Source of the DNA: Octopus sinensis
Taxonomy: Eukaryota
Direction: 5' to 3'
DNA length: 44,463 nt
Assembly (NCBI RefSeq): GCF_006345805.1
Contig: NW_021834835.1
Location: forward strand, 1 to 44,463
Within the stretch, counting starts at the first letter, position 1; the number at the start of each line of letters is the position of its first letter. Below the pieces are notes generated by a model. It saw only the letters and a list, made by a program, of their open reading frames with translations. It searched no databases and had not been told where the DNA came from. The translations under genes and the position numbers were made by a program. This document shows positions 35,860-44,463 of the stretch, piece after piece.

Positions 35860-36420
35860 TTCTAGTGGTTCACAAAAGAATGAAGATAAGTGAAAATTTT
35901 AGTTGGTCAGCAGATGTGTAAGTACGTATAGTTGGTGTTGATTTTGTTCATATTAGGAAGGCGAAAGTTTATAGTTCAGAGTTCTATCCAGCATATAAAA
36001 TTTGTAATTAGGTGTGTCAGCCTTGGATCATAATATATTCATTCAGAGGAACATAAATGCAAGCATTCGTACATACATTCATACAGACACATAAAATTCC
36101 TTTGAGCTTATTTTCTTCCAAGAGTCTCGAGTTCTACTTTCACTAAAAAAATATAAGTAGGTGAAGCGGTTAGTTGGTCAGTAGAATTGTTTACTTGCTG
36201 TTGGTGATATTTAGGTTATCCTGTTTGCTTGGGAAGGCGGCGACTATTGTTCAGAGTTCAGTAAGGCATGTAAACGTTTATGCTTATGATTAGCAGTGTT
36301 TATTTAGGCGTGTCAGATTTAGATCATGGCGCTTTTAGTATAGAAACTTTCTTGTTGTTTAAGGTTCACAAAAGGATGTAGGTAGGCTGAAAGATTAGTC
36401 GATCAGCAGATTTATTAATT
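35860..36420. repeat. Degenerate tandem repeat with units of roughly 230-290 bp
   Basis: Recurring ggttcacaaaag.atg, ttag(t)tggtcagcag, ggaaggcg...gttcagagttc and taggygtgtcag...gatcat. Confidence 0.55.
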
Positions 36421-36740
36421 AATTGTCCTTGAGGTTCTTGGATTACTATTTAGAACACCTGACTTTGGTGAATTGGGGTGGTAAAGTTTTTGGACGATGT
36501 TTTTTTATAAATATTGCTTCCATTCGGTTTCAAGCGTGGGTATTACAAGTAATGAGATTTTTGATATATTATTTTGGAACATTGAATATACTCAAACTGC
36601 GAGTGACTATAAAAATGTGTGCAGGTAAATATATATTGTACAGACAAGAAGGTAACATTTCGAACGCAGTATAACCGTGAAAACAGCAAAAAGATTGGGT
36701 ATTATTACCTTTATAAGATGGGAAAAAAAAGTTGTTAGCA

Positions 36741-36810
36741 AACAGCCAGGAAGCTCGAACCCGCACCCCTTGAATACCGGCTGAGTACTCTACCATTGAG
36801 CTAACCAGTA
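36741..36810 (-). pseudogene. tRNA-like Pol III sequence (tRNA pseudogene or isolated SINE head)
   Basis: TAGCTCAATGGTAGAG A box, GGTTCGAGC B box, oligo-T ~10 nt downstream; acceptor, anticodon and T stems do not pair properly. Confidence 0.5.
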
Positions 36811-36876
36811 CGGTGACAATACGATACACATTCGATACTTTTAAAAACAAAACAGAAGCTTGTTTACACACACACG

Positions 36877-36917
<41 letters not shown>

Positions 36918-37456
36918 CACACACACGCACACACACACATATCAGTCTTGCGATCCTGTAGTCTGGTAGAGGATGGTAGGGGTTCGGTTCTCCTGCTAGC
37001 AATGTATACGTATATACAGGGTGCAGCGCCGCACCGATAACGTGGTGGCGGAAGATCTGCGTGGGATAAAAGTAGCAGTAATAACATGGAACAGCCACTT
37101 TGATGTGGCGACTAAGTTTACTTGTTAGTATAGTTTACTACTCTGATATCTACTTTTTACAACTAGCTATTTTGCTTATATATGTATGTGCATATATTAT
37201 ATATATATATATATATAATATATATTATATATAATATATATATATTATTATACATAGCTATGTATATATATATTATGTTATGTGATATCTAATATATATA
37301 TACGTATATATATACAATATAATATATATATACATATATATATACTATATATATAATATAGATATATATATATATATATATATACACATTATATATATAC
37401 ATACATAATATATGTATATGTATTATGTGTATATATATACATACATATATATATAA

Positions 37457-37525
<69 letters not shown>

Positions 37526-38232
37526 TATATACATAGACATACATTTCTAAGCCAGTTAATCTTCCAACATCCTTATACATGTGTATATGTACGTATGTGT
37601 GTATATTTATGTGAGTGTCTATGTGTATACATTAAAAATTCATTTGGGGTTATTTTGGTTGAACGTTAGAGAACTCTTAGATAATTTTTATCGTACTTGT
37701 TTAGTGTAAAGCTGTAGTGTTATTGTTTATGTACATCAGGGGCAAAGTTTGTAGTAATACGGATGTGTGCGAGTGTGTGTGTGTAATTAGGTGAAATATT
37801 GTCATGCTTAGCTTTTAGAAAAATATTGATTTGATTTGTCATAATGTTTTGAAGATTTTTGTAATATATACATACATACAAACATACATGCAAACATTCG
37901 TACATACTTTCATACAGACACATAAAATTCCTTTGAGCTTATTTTCTTTCTCGCGTCTCGTGTTCCACTTTAGAGCGATCGAGTAATTCTCACCTGACGA
38001 TCGATGTGGCGTGAAACTGAAGTTATGGGAAGGAAATTCACTTTACATAAAACATACATATATTCAATAGTAGTCATTTTTATTTACAAATGAATATATA
38101 TATGTATGTATGCATATATGTATGCATGTATGTGTGTACGTATGCATGTATGTATATATGTATATACACAAATCTATATTACATACATATATATATTATA
38201 TATATAGATATATATACATATATATATATATA

Positions 38233-38296
<64 letters not shown>

Positions 38297-38717
38297 TACG
38301 TAGGCATGCATACACACACACATATATATATATACAGATAAATACATATACATATACATATACATAAGTATACTTACGTAACCACATACATATATACATA
38401 CGTACACATACACATACACACACATCTTCAATTTACATTTATCATGTTCAAGAAAAAAATCTAGTGAAATATTCGCACTTCTGGAACTTACATCAATTAC
38501 ATCCCTACAACCCACCACCACCCCTTTTTTTTCCTTTCTTTTTTTTCCTTCTTTTCTTTTTTTCTTTTTTTTTCAGAAATACTTGAACATCACTAAATTG
38601 TAAATTATCATGTAGTCTTCTTACAGCTTATCTGAAAAGAAAAGAAAAAAACGGAATTTATGTCTGTGTTCAGACATGACAGTTATGCAAACCGTTACAC
38701 ACTTGACCAAGCCGTAC

Positions 38718-38793
38718 CATTTCTTCGCTTCATCATTAAAGCAAAAGAACCATTTCCCTTTGTCCTGTAATTTTGGCAACGAGTCAAACGATT
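38718..38793 (-). CDS. Candidate 76-nt coding exon, xSFDSLPKLQDKGKWFFCFNDEAKK
   Basis: Strong acceptor ttctattttctctcag, donor GTACGG; 86-nt intron to a second strong acceptor (ttttcttttcttttcag) at 38632, after which TG|A TAA would terminate. Confidence 0.4.
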
Positions 38794-38953
38794 CTGAGAG
38801 AAAATAGAATAAATAGATAAAAATATAATATTTCTTATTGAATTTTGTTCCTTGATTTTCTTTTCGTTGGAAATATTATGGCGTCGATGTAGACTTTACG
38901 ACAATACTTTCAGACCGTTTATGTAATACACTATAAAGACAGACTCACGCACG

Positions 38954-38990
<37 letters not shown>

Positions 38991-39054
38991 ATGGAATTAT
39001 ACTTGCATACATATGCTTAGATATCTCTCCCTATGGTCTCTTTCGTTTTCTCTC

Positions 39055-39197
39055 CCAGTATATATATATATGATATATTATATATACATATTATATCATA
39101 CTATACGTTATACGTATGGATATATATATATATATTTATATATATATATATATATTATATCATACTATACGTTATACGTATGTATATAATATATATA

Positions 39198-39264
<67 letters not shown>

Positions 39265-39792
39265 ATATATATGTATATGTATATATATACATATAAATAC
39301 ACATACAGAGACACATATATGTATATATGTACGAATATATGTATATGTGCACACACAAATTTATAAATCTCTTTGTGCGTGTGTATGTGTGTTAAATAAT
39401 TATATATCCATTTACTCATACATACACATTCTTATATAAATATATTATAATATAGGTTATTATATCTTATTAAATGTATTCGCGGACGCACACATATGTT
39501 GTATAAACATATGTATATATATATATATATATAATATATATATATATAACATAGGGTGTGATATATATATGTATATCCATATATATATGTATATATATGT
39601 ATATATGTATATATATGTATATATGATATGTGTGTGTGTGATATATGTATGTATATATATATATATATATGTATGTATATCCATATATATGTTATATATA
39701 TATATGTATGTATATCCATATATTTGTGTATATATATATATATATATGTATGTATAATCCATATATAGTGTATTATAGATATATATATATAT

Positions 39793-39829
<37 letters not shown>

Positions 39830-39852
39830 ATGTATATCCATATATATATATG

Positions 39853-39900
<48 letters not shown>

Positions 39901-39950
39901 GTGTGTGTGTGGTGTGTTATATCCAGACACACACACACACACACAAGTTG
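39055..39950. repeat. (TA)n/(TATG)n low-complexity block
   Basis: Visible. Confidence 0.9.
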
Positions 39951-40248
39951 ACACTGGGTGTGTTACCATGCTGAACCTACGTGTCTGCTATGACTATAAA
40001 CATTGAAACCTTCGGCTATTTCCATACACAATACGACTGCAAGCTGACTCAATCTTTGTTTCACTGTGTCTATTATTAGATTTGAAAACAAATTACGACC
40101 AGTTTATATCAGGGTATTAAGGCAAGAACAGAATTATTATTAACAAAATTGACCATCTTTGGTCGGGGTGTGTTCTTCTCCAAGCGCACCCAGGCTATGC
40201 ACCTAGTATGTGTGACTAATGTGTGTGTGTACGCGTGAGTGTTTATCT

Positions 40249-40249
<1 letters not shown>

Positions 40250-40288
<39 letters not shown>

Positions 40289-40550
40289 TGTGTGTGTGTG
40301 TAAGTGTGTGTGTGTGTGTAAGTGTGTGCGTGTGTGTAAGTGTGTGTGTGTGTGTGTAAGTGTGTGTGTAAGTATGTGCGTGTGTGTAAGAGTGTGTGTG
40401 TGTGTGTAAGTCTGTGTGTGTGTAAGTGTGTGTGTGTGTGTAAGTGTGTGTGTGTGTGTAAGTGTGTGTGTGTGTGTAAGTGTGTGTGTGTGTGTAAGTG
40501 TGTGTGTGTGTGGGTGAGAGAGAGAAATAGAGAGAGAGAGAGAGAGAGAC
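40250..40550. repeat. (GT)n with periodic gtaa, plus (GA)n
   Basis: Visible units of 12-14 bp. Confidence 0.9.
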
Positions 40551-40872
40551 AGAAGCAATCAATTTAACATACAGATATACATTAACACATACAGGTCAAT
40601 TACATATATATATATGTGTGTGTGTATGATATATGTATATATGTATATACATATATATGTGGTGTATGTATGTGTATACATACATACATAATATATATAT
40701 ATATATAATATATATATATATATAAATATGTATATATATGTGCATATATCTATCTATCTATATATATATTCGTACACATATACACACATACACAGATTCA
40801 TACATATACACAGGTACATACATATACCCAAACACTCATTCACAATACACATATATACGTACATGCGTCTGA

Positions 40873-40914
<42 letters not shown>

Positions 40915-41586
40915 ATGCATGTATATATAAAAGATTACGTACATACACTCAAATACATATCTAACATATAAATAAATATCACACACACATATATATATAT
41001 ATTTATTTCATATATATATATATATATATATGATAGTGTAACTAAATATGTGTGTGTGTGTATGCATGTAAAATGAGTATGTGTATACGTGTGTTGCTGA
41101 ACACGTTATGATTGAGTGCCTCGGCTGTAGTTATTTGTGTACACATCTGAATATATCTGAGGTACCCACCCCCAAAACCTTCACCCACACACCTATAAAT
41201 CTCTCTCTCTCCCTATATAAATATGTATATATATATATATATATATATTTACATATACACATCTGCTTATATATATATATATAATGTGTGTGTGTGTGCG
41301 CGTATGTGTAATCAATATGGTATGGAATTACCAATGATTCAGAGTCGCTATTGATCTGTCTGTCTGTTGTTCTTTCAGACAGTTAAACATCTAACCTCTC
41401 TCACTAACCGACTTTTTCCAAAATAACTTACAACTGATCCGCTTTCAAATTGAATTTTTATACTCTTTCACCAGCACCATGATAACTACATTATGACTCC
41501 GTGGTTATATATGTATGAGTGAGTGAATATATATATATATATTATATATAAGATATAATATATATATATAAATAATATTATATATA

Positions 41587-41631
<45 letters not shown>

Positions 41632-41782
41632 CTATATACACACACAAACAGTTATATACATACATAAATATACACATGCATACATATATACAGATAATAT
41701 ATATATACATATATGAATATAAATATATACATACATGCATGCAATATATATATATGCATACATATATAGGTGTGCATATATC

Positions 41783-41816
<34 letters not shown>

Positions 41817-41912
41817 ATATATATATATACACACACAGAGACACATGTCGCCATGATAGATCGTTAGCCACTACACACATTTTTTTTCTCTCCTTGTTTT
41901 TTTCAGTCTCCC

Positions 41913-41946
41913 TTTCTGTAGAAGAGCGTAGGCTCGAAACGTAAAA
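41913..41946 (+). ncRNA. Hammerhead-like motif, probably inactivated (A6T)
   Basis: TTT-CTGTAGA-A-GAGC(GTAG)GCTC-GAAA-CGT-A-AAA; downstream ttcctgagcgt...taatac links it to family 2. Confidence 0.5.
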
Positions 41947-42013
41947 TACCTTTTTCTATTCCTGAGCGTTATACTAATACATATGTTTGTTTTCTACAAC
42001 ACACCACTGTCTT

Positions 42014-42120
42014 CAGCTTTTGTTTTTTTCGTAAACTCTCCCTATATATATATATATATATATAATATATATATATATATATACATATATAGGGAGAGTT
42101 TACGAAAAAAACAAAAGCTG
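42014..42120. repeat. Perfect 32-bp inverted repeat enclosing (TA)n
   Basis: cagcttttgtttttttcgtaaactctccctat (42014-42045) and its exact reverse complement (42089-42120). Confidence 0.95.
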
Positions 42121-42127
42121 AGACAGG

Positions 42128-42164
<37 letters not shown>

Positions 42165-42166
<2 letters not shown>

Positions 42167-42363
42167 TAATCCAAACAAGAAAACAAAAAGACTACAACCA
42201 CGACGTGGAACAAATAAAGTATTATTGGACGCTCAGGAAAGAAGGGAAGAATATTTTTTTTTGACGTTTCGAGCGGAGCTCTTCGTCGGAAACATAGGAG
42301 AAGGAAAGATCCCGAGAAGGGAAGACAGAGGAAAAATATCGCTAGTGATACAGACGAGGTCAC
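42165..42363 (-). repeat. Hammerhead repeat family 2 copy; motif at 42260-42293 has a GUC triplet
   Basis: gtttCCGACGAaGAGCtccGCTCGAAACGTCaaa on the minus strand; homologous to 31297-31491. Confidence 0.8.
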
Positions 42364-43296
42364 ATACTAAAAACATATATATATATATATTTATATATAT
42401 ATATATATATATAATATATATAATATATATATATATATTATATTATACATATATGTAATTAAGATTCAGTTGAATTAGGTACTTAAATTGAGGCACCTGG
42501 TTTAGGTGGAGCTAAGTTAGCAAACCAAACAATATCAGGTGAATATCAGACTGTGTTTCAGAAGAGTTTGCACTTGATATCCTTGCAGTGTTTGCAGATA
42601 ACAAGACCCAACTAAGTGAAGAGATCCGCTCTTGGTTGTTCAGACGTGCTTTATATAAAAATGCTAAAAAATACTTGATATAATATTTCCCAAATGCAGA
42701 TTTTAGAGTAGGTGAATAAAATACGTTACTTATGGTTTTATTATATTTGTTACTATTCTACCTCAATCATTTTCTTTGATGTACTTTAGATACATCTTAT
42801 AAACCCATTTCCAAAGGTAATTTTGTCTCTATTAAAACTTGGTATATTTATATTTTATTTTATCTTCTATTAATAATAACATGCTGGTTATAACTTTTTT
42901 CTATTTACCAATACCATTATAAAAAAATAATTTTATCTCATTTCATCTTACATCCTTCTTTATATCGTTTTTATACCATTTTATATCATCTTTTTACACG
43001 TTTGTATAAAAATTTTAAAAAATAATTCGTATATCTTATAATTTTTTTAATAATTTATATTTTTATATTTTATACCTTTATATACCCTTCTATATATTTT
43101 CATGGATTTTATAGTTTATAAATGTTTGACAGTTTATATATATGTATTATATAATGTATATATATAATATATATATATATAAGATGGGAAAATGCGAGCA
43201 TGAGAAATATTCTTAAGATTATAAACATGGAAAAGCACAGCACAAGTTATTTTACTTGGAACAGTCCAAGACAACTTATTTACATCTGGTAAAGTA

Positions 43297-43942
43297 CAGA
43301 AGAAGAAATTTTTTACTTAAAATATTGCAGCTGAGGATAAAATTTCAAATAGAATATTTAGATTTAGAAAATATTAGCTTTAATTAAAACTAAAAATTTT
43401 TGTACAAATTATTACTTCTATTTGTTATTAGTTGTCACTTCAATTAAAAATTAAAAATAACTCAAAATATTTGTGCACTTTAAAAAAATTAATTTAAAAA
43501 ATTATTAACAAATAATTAGAAATTTGAAAATAGGTTATAAAATAATAGTAGTACATAATCAATTAGTACAATAAATAGAATAATACAAAAATTAATTATA
43601 TATTACAGTAAAATCTATCTATAACAACAAATTCACAGTAAAATTAGCTTGAGTTATTACCTAAGTTACTGCCAAGTCTTCACATTTTTAGTCTTGACCC
43701 AATACCAATTTTTGACACAATGAATTTGCCTACCATATATACTATGTTACTTTGCATAAAACTTTAGCTATATTGGTACTTTTGGCTCTCATTTTATAAG
43801 TATTCTAGTGTGTCAATATCTTAACAAAATGATGGCACTTTTTTTAATTATAATGATATTTTGTAAATTAAAATCAAATAATTTTTAATATTCAAATTTT
43901 ATCCTTAGCTGCAGTATTTTAAGTAAAAAACTTTTTGTTCTG
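43297..43942. mobile_element. AT-rich Tc1/mariner-type MITE with ~52-bp TIRs and TA flanks
   Basis: tacagaagaagaaattttttacttaaaatattgcagctgaggataaaatttcaa (from 43295) versus the reverse complement of 43891-43944: 48/54 identical. Confidence 0.8.
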
Positions 43943-43948
43943 TATGTA

Positions 43949-44156
43949 CAAGGGGGTGCTGGCTTTAAGGGTGTCGCGAAATGTCTGGTTGGAAACCCAA
44001 CTTTCCGAGTTCTTTTACTGGGCTTAGAAAAACTGAAGGTCTGCTGCAAAAAGTGTGTGGATCGGAGAAGGGGAGTATGTTGAATAAAATCATAAGTAAC
44101 TGATTCTCCTGTATTTTCTTTTACCCAAAGCCAAGAACTTTTCAGCAACCCCCTCG
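43949..44156 (+). mobile_element. Miniature mariner derivative (~208 bp) with both TIRs and TA duplication
   Basis: Right TIR aaagccaagaacttttcagcaaccccctcg+TA; left TIR internally deleted; encodes ...LEKLKVCCKKCVDRRREYVE*, mariner C-terminus-like. Confidence 0.75.
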
Positions 44157-44167
44157 TATGTTTGTAT

Positions 44168-44408
44168 GTAGGCTAGGTGTTGTGTTCTTGAGCAAGGCAC
44201 TTTATTTCACGTTGCTCCAGTTCACTCAGCTGTAGAAATGAGTTGCGACGTCACTGGTGCCAAGCTGTATCGACCTTTGTCTTTCCCTTGGATAACACTG
44301 GTGGCGTGGAGAGGGGAGGCTGGTATGCATGGGCGACTGCTGGTCTTCCATAAACAACCTTGCCCGGACTTGTGTCTAGGAGGGTAACTTTCTAGGTGCA
44401 ATCCCATG
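44168..44408 (+). mobile_element. SINE family C, 5'-truncated, followed by (TATG)n
   Basis: tgttgtgttcttgagcaaggcactttatttcacgttgctccagttcactcagctg...tgcaatcccatg. Confidence 0.88.
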
Positions 44409-44463
44409 TATGTATGTATGTATGTATGTATGTATGTATGTATGTATGTATGTATGTGTATGT

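Noticed and set aside
36741-36810. Functional tRNA gene
   Set aside because: Acceptor, anticodon and T stems are not complementary
39981-40070. Candidate upstream exon for the 38718 exon (donor GTAGGT)
   Set aside because: Its phase is compatible only with the alternative frame and the acceptor is weak
42700-43900. Very AT-rich segment suggestive of a mitochondrial insertion
   Set aside because: No recognisable mitochondrial gene, rRNA or tRNA; the right part is explained by a TIR-bounded MITE

Overview
A repeat-dominated eukaryotic window of about 44 kb. The extreme (TA)n/(CA)n/(TATG)n microsatellite density and the recurring tRNA-derived SINE families suggest an octopus/coleoid cephalopod genome (inference). 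Almost all ORFs in the supplied track are translations of microsatellites. I can support no complete protein-coding gene, only a few candidate minus-strand exons. Recognisable elements are four SINE families (one copy with a 13-bp TSD), decayed Penelope-like, R4/Dong, RTE and CR1/L2 retrotransposon fragments, mariner and Tc1 derivatives, MITEs, a non-autonomous Helitron, and 21-bp and 49-bp minisatellites. The most interesting signal is a set of minimal type I hammerhead ribozyme motifs with short palindromic helix III in two non-coding repeat families. One family is a ~469-bp tandem unit resembling a retrozyme or Penelope pLTR, with an apparently intact ribozyme at 1605-1657. The other has a family-level U4C core variant. 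Several near-perfect fold-back inversions are built from these and other repeats. All alignments and translations were done by eye; no database searches were run.
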